Assembly (NCBI GenBank): GCA_015231405.1
Contig: JADGBR010000006.1
Location: 40,218-104,217, forward strand
DNA length: 64,000 nt
Direction: 5' to 3'
Source of the DNA: Candidatus Omnitrophota bacterium
GTDB lineage: Bacteria > Omnitrophota > Gorgyraeia > Tantalellales > Tantalellaceae
This document shows positions 10,370 through 21,900 of this stretch, one piece after another; positions within the stretch are counted from its first letter, which is position 1, and each line of letters begins with the position of its first letter. The position numbers were made by a program, and so were the translations under genes. The notes under the pieces were generated by a model that was not told where the DNA came from, ran no database searches, and worked only from the letters and a program-made list of their open reading frames with translations.

Positions 10370-12397
10370 CTACAGGTCTATTTCTTCATCTTCGACATCC
10401 GCCCCGCCGTGCCCGTACCCTGTCTCCCAAAGCTCATAATCGTCGGCGGGAAGCTCCTCAAGAAAACGGCTCTTTCTCGAGATGACCATGCCCTTCTGGT
10501 AATCATACCTGGTGCGCGGGTGGATGAGATAGAGGTATTTTCTGGCTCTCGTGGCGGCAACGTAAAAGAGCCTCCGTTCTTCCTCCAGGTCATTATCCTC
10601 GATCAAGGCCTTGGCGTGGGGGAACTGCCCTTCAGAAAGTCCAATGATGAAAACGGCGTCCCATTCCAGGCCCTTAGCCTGGTGTATGGTAGAAAGGACC
10701 AGGTACTCTTCCTCACCCGAAGCGGCTTCCGAAGTTTCGCCTTTAAACCCTTCACGGAGCGTTATGTCGTTCAGAAAATCGTTGACCGTACCGTACTCAT
10801 GCGAAAAATTCGCGAGCTCCCTGAGATCGTCTATCCGGTCCTTAGCGTTATCGAAAGTAGCCATGACATAGGTCTCGTACCCGTTAACTAGTATGCTGTT
10901 TATCATGGCGGCCGTGTCATCGCCCTTCGCGGCCTCAAGGACCGAGCTCATTATTTTCACGAACCTGCCGAACCCGGAACGGGCCTTCTCCGGCACAACT
11001 CGCGAGATATCCGAAGCCATGAAACTTTTTAAAGAGGCACCTGACTTTAGAAAACGCTCAAATATCTTCACCGCGTAAGCCGGGCCTATCCCGGGGCAAA
11101 GGGTAAGCGCCCGCGTCCACGATATCTCGTCAGAGCTGTTAGTAAGTATCCGGAGGTACGATATGACGTCCTTGATATGGGCCTGCTCAAAGAACCTGAC
11201 GCCTCCCCTGATGACATAAGGGATATTCCTTTTTACAAGCTCCATCTCAAGTTCCGCGGACTGGTAATGCGCCCGGAAAAGGACGGATATCCCTTTCATG
11301 TCTACCCCCTGTTCCCGGAGCTCCAGCACCCGCTGGACGACAAACGAAGACTGCGAATAACTGTCGTTCGTCTCGACGAGCGCCGGTTTCTCGAACGGAG
11401 GGCTTACGGCCCGGAGTTCCTTCTCGAATTGGTCGAGGTTGTTGACGAGCGAATCGTTAGCGAGATCGAGTATCTCGGGGGTGGAGCGATAGTTCGTCTC
11501 CAGCCTGAATATTTTCGCGTCTTTATGCCTGTCGGGGAAAGAGAGGATATTCTTGACCGACGCTCCTCTGAACGAGTAAATAGACTGCGCGTCATCGCCC
11601 ACGACAAGAAGGTTCCCGTTCTTTGACGCGAGCATATCGGAGATATCAGATTGCAGAATATTTGTATCCTGGTACTCATCGACCATTATATACCTGAACC
11701 GCGAGCTCAAACGGCCCCTCACATCGGGCACATTTTCCAAAAGCCATTTCCATCTCTCCAAAAGATCATCGTAATCCATGCAGTTAGAAAGTCTTTTTTT
11801 CTTCTCATACATTTCCCTGACGCGTTTTATCTCGGGAAGGAACTGCGAGAAATATGGATATTTCTCGTCAACGACCTTTTCAAGAGTTTTTTCCGTATTG
11901 ACCGAATAGCTTATTATGGACTGGACAACTGACGGTTTAGGGAATTTATCCGCTTTCCCGGACGAACTCCTTTTCCCTACGCAGGTCTTTATAAGATCCC
12001 TCGAGTCGTGTTCGTCAAGTATGGCGAAATCCTTCGTATAACCGGCTTCCTCCGCGTACATCCTGAGTATCCTGTTCCCGACATGATGAAAAGTACCGTT
12101 CCAAAGCCCTTTTGGCTTATTTTTCAGGAGGATCTCTGTCCGGTCGCGCATTTCTCTAGCTGCTTTATTCGTAAAAGTCATGAGAAGGATGCTCTCCGGC
12201 GGAACGCCTTTTTCAATAAGATAGGCGAGGCGGTATATAAGCGTCCTCGTCTTACCGCTCCCGGCCCCGGCAAGGACCAGAGAGTAACCCTCCCCCTCCG
12301 TCACGACCTCGTACTGCTCCGTGTTCAGGGCCGCCTTGTAATCTATAGCGGTCTTAAGAGGAAGGTTCGGGTCATCATGTAGAGTGTATTTTTTCAT
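10370..12397 (-). CDS. ATP-dependent DNA helicase, UvrD/PcrA/Rep family
   Basis: AGAGSGKT, VDEYQD, VGDDAQSIY, NYRS, TIHQAKGLEW and EERRLFYVAATRA; likely start MKKYTL at 12397. Confidence 0.93.
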   Translation of the reverse strand: MKKYTLHDDPNLPLKTAIDYKAALNTEQYEVVTEGEGYSLVLAGAGSGKTRTLIYRLAYLIEKGVPPESILLMTFTNKAAREMRDRTEILLKNKPKGLWNGTFHHVGNRILRMYAEEAGYTKDFAILDEHDSRDLIKTCVGKRSSSGKADKFPKPSVVQSIISYSVNTEKTLEKVVDEKYPYFSQFLPEIKRVREMYEKKKRLSNCMDYDDLLERWKWLLENVPDVRGRLSSRFRYIMVDEYQDTNILQSDISDMLASKNGNLLVVGDDAQSIYSFRGASVKNILSFPDRHKDAKIFRLETNYRSTPEILDLANDSLVNNLDQFEKELRAVSPPFEKPALVETNDSYSQSSFVVQRVLELREQGVDMKGISVLFRAHYQSAELEMELVKRNIPYVIRGGVRFFEQAHIKDVISYLRILTNSSDEISWTRALTLCPGIGPAYAVKIFERFLKSGASLKSFMASDISRVVPEKARSGFGRFVKIMSSVLEAAKGDDTAAMINSILVNGYETYVMATFDNAKDRIDDLRELANFSHEYGTVNDFLNDITLREGFKGETSEAASGEEEYLVLSTIHQAKGLEWDAVFIIGLSEGQFPHAKALIEDNDLEEERRLFYVAATRARKYLYLIHPRTRYDYQKGMVISRKSRFLEELPADDYELWETGYGHGGADVEDEEIDL

Positions 12398-12502
12398 TCG
12401 GGAGGTATTATATAGGGTCAAACGACATGGGTCAAGCGTCATGGGAGATTCCCTCTTTTGGGGGGATTGAGGAGTTGATAAAAGTTGAGGAAAAGCTTTG
12501 TG

Positions 12503-12657
12503 GGCGTGAAGGAGATGGGGTTCTTCGTACGGCACTTTGCTTGTCCAAACATTCAAAGTAGCCTTGTGCGTGGACCTTGTAAACATTACAATGAAGGCCT
12601 CGAGCTGAACTAGAAGTTTGCAAAGTGCCGGTAGAAGGTTCACATTTCCTTCACGCC
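12503..12657. ncRNA. Candidate structured RNA, possibly 6S RNA
   Basis: Intergenic 155-nt rod: ggcgtgaagga pairs with tccttcacgcc and cggcactttgc pairs with gcaaagtgccg around a less-paired interior. Confidence 0.5.
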
Positions 12658-12682
12658 ATCGGCAAAATCGCACAATATTATT

Positions 12683-13120
12683 TCACTTCCGGAATAACGC
12701 TACGATCCTCGGGCGGGTGAAAAAGACCACGACCGCAAGTTCAAAGACAGTGGCCAGGGACGTGAAGACAAGGCCCATCCTGAAGACATCCTGGGCGTAA
12801 GCGGATGGGATCCCCGAAGCTTTTGAAAAGATGAATTCCCTGAAGTTCGCTATAACGGTACTCCCCACGCCGAAACCAAGAACCACGCTCACAACCGTCA
12901 ATACAAGGAAGAATTTCCTCGCCCAGTCTTCCTTCTTCAGAATTTTCGCTCCTGAGTACAACCCGCATACACCGTACAGTACTGAGAAGAAATATAAAAA
13001 TAACGTCACAACCTTAGGAAGACCTTTGAACATAATAGAAAAATGTTCGAAGTCACCTATTCCGAGGAGGTGGTAAACGCCATAGAAGATGATGAGATAT
13101 GAAAAGACCTTGATCAACAT
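12683..13120 (-). CDS. Hypothetical four-TM membrane protein
   Basis: Four hydrophobic segments and C-terminal FFTRPRIVALF; start approximate. Confidence 0.7.
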   Translation of the reverse strand: MLIKVFSYLIIFYGVYHLLGIGDFEHFSIMFKGLPKVVTLFLYFFSVLYGVCGLYSGAKILKKEDWARKFFLVLTVVSVVLGFGVGSTVIANFREFIFSKASGIPSAYAQDVFRMGLVFTSLATVFELAVVVFFTRPRIVALFRK

Positions 13121-13263
13121 AATAAGATTCATTTTGAGTATGAAATTTATAATCGCGGATAGTTTGATACATGACGCGGTAGACATCTGCTCCGGTTACG
13201 AGATATCCATTTTATTACGTCCTACGTCCCCCATCCTACGTCCTACGGCAATATGTAAGCCCG

Positions 13264-15711
13264 CTACCTGACCCCCCATATCTCATGCGCGTACTCAAGT
13301 ATGGTCCTGTCGCTTGAGAACTTACCCGCGCGGGCCGTGTTCATAATCGACTTTTTAGCCCAGCCGTCCTCGTCCCTGTATGCTATGGATACCTCTTTTT
13401 GCGCGCGAAGGTAATCTTTAAAATCGGCGAATACAAGGTATTCGTCGTGGTGGATCAACGAGCCCGCTATCGGCTCGAATATCCCCTCTTCAAGCTGAGA
13501 AAAGAAATCATCGCGTATGAGCTCAATGATCTCGGAAAGAACGGGATCCTTTTTAAGGTATTTCTTCGGATCATACCCGTCCGCTTTTAGCTTCATCACT
13601 TCATGTTCCTTAAGCCCGAAAATAAAAACATTTTCCGGTCCGACTTCTTCGGCGATCTCGATATTAGCTCCGTCGAGCGTCCCGATAGTCACAGCGCCGT
13701 TCAGCATGAATTTCATATTCCCTGTACCGGAAGCTTCTCTCCCCGCGGTCGATATCTGCTCGGATAGATCGCTCGCCGGAAATATCTTTTCTGCCAGCGA
13801 AACCCTGTAGTCCTCAAGGAAAACGACCTTCAGTTTATCTTTCACATCCGGGTCGTTGTTGACTATTTTGCCGATATTGTTTATGAACTTAATTATGAGC
13901 TTAGCCATGTAGTATCCGGGAGCCGCCTTGCCCGCGAAAATTGCCGTCCGAGGGGTTTTAAATGTCCGCGGAGAATTCTTGATCTCCAGATACTGCGAAA
14001 TTACAAAGAGCGCGAAAAGCACCTGCCGTTTATACTCATGCATCCTTTTAACTTGTACGTCGAACATCGAATCCGGATTGACAACTATACCCGTCGTGTT
14101 CTTGATGTATGACGCGAGCTTCAACTTGTTCCTGTACTTAACTTTTTTCCACTCTTCACGGAAAGCTTTATTGCCGGTATATTGCTCGATCTCTTTCAAT
14201 TTCGAGAGATCAAGCACCCATTCGGGTCCTATCTTCTCGGTTATGATATCAGAAAGGCCTTTGTTGGATTTCTTGAGCCACCTTCTCTGCGTAATGCCGT
14301 TGGTCTTCGAGTTGAACTTACCGGGATAGAACTCCGCGAAATCCTTAAAAAGGGCTGACTTCAGAAGATCACTGTGCAGCTTTGATACTCCGTTCACAGA
14401 ATGGCTGCCGACTATGCACAAGTGACTCATCCTCACCCTCTTATCCGGCGACTCCTGTATGATCGACATTGCGGCAATTTTCCCGTGATCCTTCGGGTAT
14501 CGTATAGCGACCTGCCTGAGGAACCGCATATTGATCTCGTATATGATCTCAAGATGCCGGGGAAGCAGCTTTCCCATAAGATCTACCGACCAGGACTCGA
14601 GCGCCTCGGGCATTATCGTATGGTTCGTATAAGCGAAAGTGTTTACGGTTATATCCCACGCGGAATCCCAGTCCATTTCCTGGTCGTCGAGGAGTATCCT
14701 CATTAACTCGACTATGGCTATCGCGGGATGAGTATCGTTCAGCTGGATGGCTACCTTTTTGGGGAAATCCCTGAAATCCTTGTTGTGCACGGTAAAACGC
14801 CGGATAATGTCCTGCATCGAGGCGGACGTGAAAAAATACTCCTGTTTAAGCCTTAGCTCCTTGCCCTGGTATTGATTGTCGCTCGGATAAAGCACCCTGG
14901 ATATATTCTCGGAATTTACTTTCTGCTCACAGGCCTTGATATAATCCCCGTCGTTGAAATACTCAAGATCGAATTCCGCCGTGCTCCTCGCCGACCAGAG
15001 CCTCAGGTTGTTGACAACATCGTTCCTGTAACCCGGCACCGGAATATCGTACCCGACAGCCAGGACATTTGAAGTGTCTATCCAGTCTATCCTCAGATTC
15101 CCATTCCTGTCCATCCTCTTCTGGGTCTTGCCGTAGAACCGCACCTTAATGGTGTACTCGGGCCTGCCGAATTCCCATGGATTACCCAGCATAAGCCATT
15201 CATCCGGGAATTCTACCTGTCTCCCGCTTAATATCTTCTGCCTGAAAATACCGTAATCATACCGTATGCCGTACCCGGTCGCCGGGATCCCCAAAGTAGC
15301 CATCGAGTCGAGGAAACACGCCGCGAGCCTCCCGAGGCCTCCGTTACCGAGGCCGGCGTCAGGCTCCTGCTCGAACAGCTCTTCAATGTCCATCCCTATC
15401 TCGTTCATGGCTTTTTTTGCTTCTTCCTCCATACCGAGGTTCAGGATATTGTCCGCGAGGAGCCGCCCGATAAGGAATTCAAGCGAAAAATAATACACCC
15501 TTTTGCAGTTCTCGTCATGATACCTCTGCTGCGTCAATATCCACCTCGCGATAAGCCTGTCCCTTATCGACAGGGCCAGCGAGCGGAAGTTATCGTTCAG
15601 GGTAGCGGAATGATGGTCTTTGGCGAGCGCGTAATTGCGGTTGTGCATGAAATCTTTTTTGAGTTCTTCCACGTTATTCGCCGCGGGGGGAACATTCCGG
15701 TTAGTAGGCAT
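13264..15711 (-). CDS. glgP: Glycogen/alpha-glucan phosphorylase
   Basis: GLGNGGLGRLAACF, QLNDTHP, KRMHEYKRQ and EASGTGNMK; AGGAG RBS before ATG 15711. Confidence 0.97.
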   Translation of the reverse strand: MPTNRNVPPAANNVEELKKDFMHNRNYALAKDHHSATLNDNFRSLALSIRDRLIARWILTQQRYHDENCKRVYYFSLEFLIGRLLADNILNLGMEEEAKKAMNEIGMDIEELFEQEPDAGLGNGGLGRLAACFLDSMATLGIPATGYGIRYDYGIFRQKILSGRQVEFPDEWLMLGNPWEFGRPEYTIKVRFYGKTQKRMDRNGNLRIDWIDTSNVLAVGYDIPVPGYRNDVVNNLRLWSARSTAEFDLEYFNDGDYIKACEQKVNSENISRVLYPSDNQYQGKELRLKQEYFFTSASMQDIIRRFTVHNKDFRDFPKKVAIQLNDTHPAIAIVELMRILLDDQEMDWDSAWDITVNTFAYTNHTIMPEALESWSVDLMGKLLPRHLEIIYEINMRFLRQVAIRYPKDHGKIAAMSIIQESPDKRVRMSHLCIVGSHSVNGVSKLHSDLLKSALFKDFAEFYPGKFNSKTNGITQRRWLKKSNKGLSDIITEKIGPEWVLDLSKLKEIEQYTGNKAFREEWKKVKYRNKLKLASYIKNTTGIVVNPDSMFDVQVKRMHEYKRQVLFALFVISQYLEIKNSPRTFKTPRTAIFAGKAAPGYYMAKLIIKFINNIGKIVNNDPDVKDKLKVVFLEDYRVSLAEKIFPASDLSEQISTAGREASGTGNMKFMLNGAVTIGTLDGANIEIAEEVGPENVFIFGLKEHEVMKLKADGYDPKKYLKKDPVLSEIIELIRDDFFSQLEEGIFEPIAGSLIHHDEYLVFADFKDYLRAQKEVSIAYRDEDGWAKKSIMNTARAGKFSSDRTILEYAHEIWGVR

Positions 15712-15831
15712 ATGACCCTTCTCCTTTCGCCCCCCTTGTCGCCGAACGATCCGGGGGTGACTTCTCTCTATGGAATAACAAATTTTTCGCGTCACGGGGC
15801 TATTCCGCCCCGGACGGAGGAACTTCCGACC

Positions 15832-15999
15832 CTAGATCTTCTTGAGAGCGTTCCTCGTTTCCAAAAGGTTCAGTTTTTTCACTTTGGCTTCATCCAAACC
15901 TGCGGCCAAAAGACGGGCCTTTTGGGCTTTGATCCTTGTGTTCTTTTTAGCGCCGACCTTTTTGGGCCTTTGCCTGAATTTTCTGCGGGGACCTACCAT
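15832..15999 (-). CDS. Small, very basic protein (55 aa)
   Basis: Manual translation MVGPRRKFRQRPKKVGAKKNTRIKAQKARLLAAGLDEAKVKKLNLLETRNALKKI; GAGGAG RBS; below the ORF-track cutoff. Confidence 0.7.
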   Translation of the reverse strand: MVGPRRKFRQRPKKVGAKKNTRIKAQKARLLAAGLDEAKVKKLNLLETRNALKKI

Positions 16000-16126
16000 C
16001 GTAACTCCTCTCTTTTTGTTTGAATAATATTTCTGATAGCGCCAGTATTATACATTAAACGTGTCTTTACGTCACCTTTTTTCGGGCGCGATAAATCGCG
16101 CCCCAACACTTCTATTTTCTCTCCGG

Positions 16127-16804
16127 TCAATCCTTATCCAAGAAACTGAAATCACTGACGTAACGCGAATCCGGATTATTCCTCACATAGTCGATAAAGA
16201 ACCTGGCTTTGTCGCTTAATCGCCTGTCCGTGTTCAGGTCTATCACCTTTTGCAGTTCGGTATAAGCCATCGGGAGGTTGTGGAAGAAATTGTAATAGCA
16301 GACCGCCAGGTTATAATGAGCTTTCTGGTTATTAGGGCTGATCCTAACGATCTTTTTATACCCCGCGAGTACATCATCGTATCTTTTAATGGTAACATGG
16401 AGGTAATTGATATACATGAGGCTCTTGGTATAGAATTCCTCGAGGGCCGGATCGTTCTTGTAAACGCGGTCCATTTTTTTTTGAAAAATGCCGAACTCTT
16501 CGATCCCCTTGTCGTTGTCCTTATCGAAAAAATGTATCTTGCCCATAAAGAAATAAGGCGGCGGGTAATCGGGATCGGCTTTCACGGCCATTCGAAGGAA
16601 GCCCAGAGCCCTTTTCCTGTCGTTGCGCAGGAGGTATATCTCACCGAGCCTGGACAATGCCGCGGGATCGGGTTTCCCTGCATTACTCGCCAGCTTCAGT
16701 TCTTTTTCCTCAGCGGAATACTCGTCCGGAGCGAAAGTCATCCGGCATGAGGTGACAATAATGGCGAGGATGATCACTAGCGCTAACCCAATGGCATTTT
16801 TCAT
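16127..16804 (-). CDS. TPR-repeat lipoprotein
   Basis: Lipobox VTSC; TPR motifs ALSRLGEIY...DPDY and AHYNLAVCY. Confidence 0.85.
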   Translation of the reverse strand: MKNAIGLALVIILAIIVTSCRMTFAPDEYSAEEKELKLASNAGKPDPAALSRLGEIYLLRNDRKRALGFLRMAVKADPDYPPPYFFMGKIHFFDKDNDKGIEEFGIFQKKMDRVYKNDPALEEFYTKSLMYINYLHVTIKRYDDVLAGYKKIVRISPNNQKAHYNLAVCYYNFFHNLPMAYTELQKVIDLNTDRRLSDKARFFIDYVRNNPDSRYVSDFSFLDKD

Positions 16805-17127
16805 AACAACATTTTAATATCAACCGCCTTCTTCCGGAAGCGATATTTGCATTAATTGCGGATTGAACGTCATCCCCAAAGGCCCGAAACATAAAAACAG
16901 TAGCCTCCGACCCCCGCCTGTCCGCCGTAGCCTTGGCGAAGACGTATGTCGGGGATAAAATTTCATTTCACCGGCAAATTATTGCGCGGACACGGAGGGC
17001 CCCGCCTACTATTCGTATTTCCGTTACCCATCTTCTACAATTACCCTTTCCCTGCCATTTGCCCCCTAAATTGTTGCCAAACTCCCGCAGATAATGCATA
17101 ATTACACTTACCAGCAAGGAGAACAAA

Positions 17128-18948
17128 TTGGGCAAGAAAAAGCAAAAGAAAGACCTTATCGAGATCGAGCAAGAAGGCACCAACCACTTTCACGAGCGGT
17201 TCAAGTCCTTCCTACCTTATCTCGGGGTCTTCCTGATAGGGTTCATGGCTTACTCCAACACCCTAAAAGCGGATTTCATATGGGATGACGAGTACCTCAT
17301 AATCAATAACTCGCAAATAAAAAATTTCTCACATCTGGGAGAGATCTTCAAGACCTACGTCGGGTACGGCAGCGAAAATATCAATAATTTCTACAGGCCT
17401 ATGCAGGAACTATCCGACATGATCGATTACGGGATCTGGGGGCTCAAACCTTTCGGTTTCCACCTGACCAATGTCACGCTCCACTCCCTGGTCGGGGTAT
17501 TCCTCCTCCTTTTAATGTTCCAGCTGACAGGGAACAAACTGGCGTCTTTCATATGCGCCGCATTTTACGTCGTCCATCCGGTGCACACCGAGGCCGTGGC
17601 GTACATTGCCGGACGCGCAGATCCTCTGTACGCCATGTTCTTCATGTTATCTTACGTCTTCTTCATTAAATCTCTTAGATCGGCCCCGTCCGGTCCGGAC
17701 CCGACCAGGGGACTGCCGAACCTACTCTTGTATTCTCTTTCGGTCTTTTTCTTTATCGTCTCCATACTCTCGAAAGAGATGGTAATGATAATGCCGCTTC
17801 TAATATGGCTTTACCTGTACTCTTATTTAAAGAACAGCGAGAACGCAAGTTCTTATACGCGGTTCAAATGGACCTGGGTTCCCTACGCTGTGGTCGTCGT
17901 CATATATGCCGCGCTAAGAAGCACCGTCCTTGATTTTTCGGATATCGCGCCCGCTTCGCTTTTCAACAAGATACCCTTTGTTTTCAGACTGCTCACGTTC
18001 TTTAGGACCGTCGCGGAATATTTTAAGCTTGTAGTCCTGCCTCTGGACCTTCACATGGAAAGAAGCATAGCGATAACCAAAAGCATCTTCGACCTGGAGG
18101 CTATCTTTTCCATTCTGATGATCGCTTCCATAGTCTGGGTAACATATAAAAGCTACAAGACCGGAAGGAAGATCGTATTTTTCGGAATAAACTGGTTCTT
18201 TATCAACCTTCTGCCGGTCTCTAACATCGTTCCTATAAACAGCTTCCTCGCCGAGCACTGGATCTACACCGCGATAATGGGCCCGTTCATACTTCTGGGC
18301 CTCGGCCTCGCGTGGCTCTGGAGAAATATCCCCCCAAAAGGAAGGTCTTTACGTATAGGATTCACCATGTTCGTCTCAGGGCTCTTACTGGCTTATGGCA
18401 ACGGAACCTATGAAAGGAACAAGGACTGGAAAGACGAGGTCGCGTTCTTTTCGAACACCCTCAAATACCAGCCCAACAACACACGTTTATACCTGAACCT
18501 TGGGAATACTTACTACGAAAAAGGCGATACTGAGAAGGCCATAGCTGAATACGAGAAATGCATAAAACTCGATAAGACTTACGCCATAGCGTACGGCAAT
18601 ATAGGCAGCGTTTATCTCCAAAAAGAAGACCTGGACAAAGCGCTTGAATATCTCCTTATCGCAGTCAAGTATAAAGACAATTACCCTATAGCCCATTTTA
18701 ACCTAGGGCTCATCTATAATAAAAAAGACGATTTCGCTAAAGCCAAGCAGGAATTCATTATCGCCACCGAACAGCTGCCCCAGTTCTACCAGGCATGGAA
18801 CATGCTCGGCCAGGTTTACTGGAGAGACGGAAATCTCGCCAAAGCAAAGGAAACCCTTGAAAGATCGCTCGCGATACTCCCTGGCCAGGAAAAGATCGTA
18901 GAGGCTTTAAAACGTATAGCTCAGGAAGCTCCGCCTTCCCGATCCTGA
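17128..18948 (+). CDS. TMTC-like GT-C membrane glycosyltransferase with C-terminal TPRs
   Basis: FIWDD, YRP, HPVHTEAVAYIAGR, SKE, AEHWIY and RNKDWKD followed by TPR repeats. Confidence 0.85.
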   Translation: MGKKKQKKDLIEIEQEGTNHFHERFKSFLPYLGVFLIGFMAYSNTLKADFIWDDEYLIINNSQIKNFSHLGEIFKTYVGYGSENINNFYRPMQELSDMIDYGIWGLKPFGFHLTNVTLHSLVGVFLLLLMFQLTGNKLASFICAAFYVVHPVHTEAVAYIAGRADPLYAMFFMLSYVFFIKSLRSAPSGPDPTRGLPNLLLYSLSVFFFIVSILSKEMVMIMPLLIWLYLYSYLKNSENASSYTRFKWTWVPYAVVVVIYAALRSTVLDFSDIAPASLFNKIPFVFRLLTFFRTVAEYFKLVVLPLDLHMERSIAITKSIFDLEAIFSILMIASIVWVTYKSYKTGRKIVFFGINWFFINLLPVSNIVPINSFLAEHWIYTAIMGPFILLGLGLAWLWRNIPPKGRSLRIGFTMFVSGLLLAYGNGTYERNKDWKDEVAFFSNTLKYQPNNTRLYLNLGNTYYEKGDTEKAIAEYEKCIKLDKTYAIAYGNIGSVYLQKEDLDKALEYLLIAVKYKDNYPIAHFNLGLIYNKKDDFAKAKQEFIIATEQLPQFYQAWNMLGQVYWRDGNLAKAKETLERSLAILPGQEKIVEALKRIAQEAPPSRS

Positions 18949-21900
18949 TCTTCACTGGGGTCCTTATCCAGTATTTCGTCGATCAGGTCAGCCACCTCGC
19001 TTTCATCTTCGGGATCTTCTTCAATTTCCGGGTCGTGGCCCTTATCTCCCGGTTTGATCTTCTTTTTCTTTTTTCTGGTGAATAAGAACGCGACAGCCGC
19101 CGGTATCCCGGTGAAGGCATGGCCAAGAGAGCCCAGCCATTTACCCAGGCTTTCTTTATTAACCGACTTTATAAGTTTCGGAAAATCGTCAAAAACGGAG
19201 TATATGGCCGGAAGGAGCACAAGCGTAATAGGAGTAGCGAATACCAGCCCGCTTATTACCGTTATCGCGAGGGGGTTCCACAGGTTTGACCCCTCGCTTT
19301 TATCCAAAGCCATAGGGAGAAGGCCGAATATTGTCGCCGATTTGGTCATCAAAACCGCCCTGAGCCTGTCATTACCTACCCTGATAAGCATCCTAAAGGG
19401 ATTTTTGAACTTATGCTTTACCTGATTAGCGTGGTCAATGAGTATGATCCCGTTATTGACGACAATGCCTCCCAGCATCATGAGCCCTATCCGCGCGCCC
19501 ATACCCACCGGCGTTTTAGAGAAAAACAGACCGAGCAGTGCCCCCGCGCAGGCCAATGGGACCGTTATAACTATTATCATAAAGGGTTTGGAGAAGGATT
19601 CGAATATCGCGGCCATGACAAGATAGACCAGGAAAAGTATTATTATGAGCGTCAGGTTGGTCTCCTTCTGGGATTGGAGCATGTTCTCGTAATCGCCTCC
19701 AACTTCATAATAATAATCTTCAGGCAGCTTAAGGTCTGACAGCTCCTTAAAAAGCAGGGCTACGGCCTTGTCCAGCGGTATCTCGGCGAGAGACGCACTG
19801 ACCTGTATCATGCGGGACCTGTCTTTGCGCCATATCTCGCTTGGGCCAAGGCCGTACTCGAACTGGGCGGCCTGATCCATTAGGATCTTGTCATCACCCC
19901 TTTTCGACAGAGGCAGAAGATGCATATCCTTGATGGTCCTTCTGTCCTTTTCCGCGAGCCTAAGTATAGTCTCGACCTCGCTGCCTTTATCATGCAGCAT
20001 TGTGGCCCTCACCCCTCGTACCTGAGCATGGACAAGATCGCCTATATCTTTTGTGGTATATCCGAGCTTGGCAGATTTGAGTTTGTCTACCCTGAGCCAG
20101 AGCTCTGGTCGTCCCTCGCGCATCCTTATCTTCGCGTCCTTAAAATACGGGCTTCTACCCATCCTTGTGGTGACGGCTATCGCGATCTCCCTCAGGATAT
20201 CGTAGTTGAACCCGTAAACATTGAGCGTTATCTCCTTAGTACCTACCTCCTGCTCCTCCTCAAAATAAACAAAAGCCGGTGACAACTTAGCCACTTTCGG
20301 TCTTAAACTCTCAATGATCTCGTTAATAGACCTTGTTCTCTTATCGAGCCCGACGAGGTTGACGTAAACCTTGCTCGACCAAGCCTCAACACGCGCCGTG
20401 AAATCCTTCACTTCGGGTACCTCTTTTATCATATCCTCGACTTTTTTTACGACCTCGTCGCTGGCATCAAGCTTGGCCCCGGTAGGCAGCTCGATAAAAA
20501 CCGTAAAACGGTTCTGCTCGGTCGAACCAAGATATTCCTGTCCCAACCGTCCCCATATTAGAGCCGAAGCCACATAAGGCACAATTATCCCGAACGCGAT
20601 GAAAGCGAAACGTCTTCTGAAAACAAATAAAAGCCCCCTCCTCTGGAGCCCGTACAGAGGAATGAGTATCTTAGACTTTGCCAGTTCCTCTCCGCTCGCG
20701 GTCCCCTGGTCCTTGGTGCGTGAACACATGAGCGGCACGACCATAAGCGCGACAAAGAGCGACACGGAAAGAGAGAAAGTGACCGTCCACGCGACACCGC
20801 CGTAAAGGATGCTCATAGATTTACTTATGAAAAGCATAGGCAGGAAAACTATGACAGCCGTCAAAGTGGAAGCGAAGATAACCACGTTCATTTCTGTCGA
20901 GCCGTCAATCGCCGCCGTGATCTTGTCTACCCCGGTCTCCATCTTGGTGGCAATGTTCTCATATACAACGATAGCGTTATCAACAAGCATCCCCACCCCG
21001 AGAGCAAGACCGAACAGGGTCATAAAATTTATCGACATGTTCATTGCCGGGTTCATCATATTGCACATATCCATCACCCCGAACGTGATGATAAGCGATA
21101 TGGGTATCGAAACAGCGACTATGAGTATCGGCCTGTATTTTTTGGTAAAAAGGACCGTAAGGATCGTTAGAACCAGGAAAAATGTCATGAGCCTTGCGGG
21201 GGCGAACCCGGCGGCTATGATCCCCGCAGGCAGGATTATTGCGTATTTATTCTCCCATTTGCTCATGAAAAGGACCAGGACATAAAGTATCATCATCGAT
21301 CCGCGGAGCAGAGAATCCTTAAGATCGTTAATTGATTCGCGTATGAATTCCGACTGGTTCTTCGTAACCTTGATTTTTATGTCTTTTGGCAAAGTGGCCT
21401 TGAGCTCTTCCAACTCTTTCATTATTTCATCCGCAACGGCGATAGTGTTGCCTTTTGACTCTTTCTGGACATACATCGAGACTACGGGATTGAGATTGAT
21501 CCTGGAGTATGTGCTGGCTTCCATGTAAGAATCTTTGACCTCGGCGAAATCCTTCACCCTGACGATAGACCCTTCGGGCTTCGTTGTAACTGGCGTATTC
21601 TTGATCTCTTCGATCTGGTTCAACTGCCCCTTTGCCCTGAGTAGCACCTTGTCGCTCTTCCGCTCGAATTCGCCTATAAGTATATCCAGGTTATTGGACC
21701 CGAGAACGTTTATGATCTGGTTGACCGACACCCCATACCTTGCCAGCATGTTCTTGTCGACCTCGAGGAGTATTTTCCTTTCCCTGCCGCCCCCCACCTC
21801 GACATTGGCCACGCCCTTTACCCTTTTTAAAACGGGCTTAATATCGGTTTCAACGACCTCCTTTATCTCTTCCTGTGTCTTTTTAAGGCTGGTAACTGCA

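Noticed and set aside
12398-12673. 91-aa N-terminal extension of the helicase in the ORF track
   Set aside because: Helicase-like sequence begins after MKKYTL, and the extension runs through the structured RNA candidate.
15832-15999. PVC signature protein
   Set aside because: Similar size and charge, but it lacks the RNVLKRxER and GLPK motifs I associate with that family.
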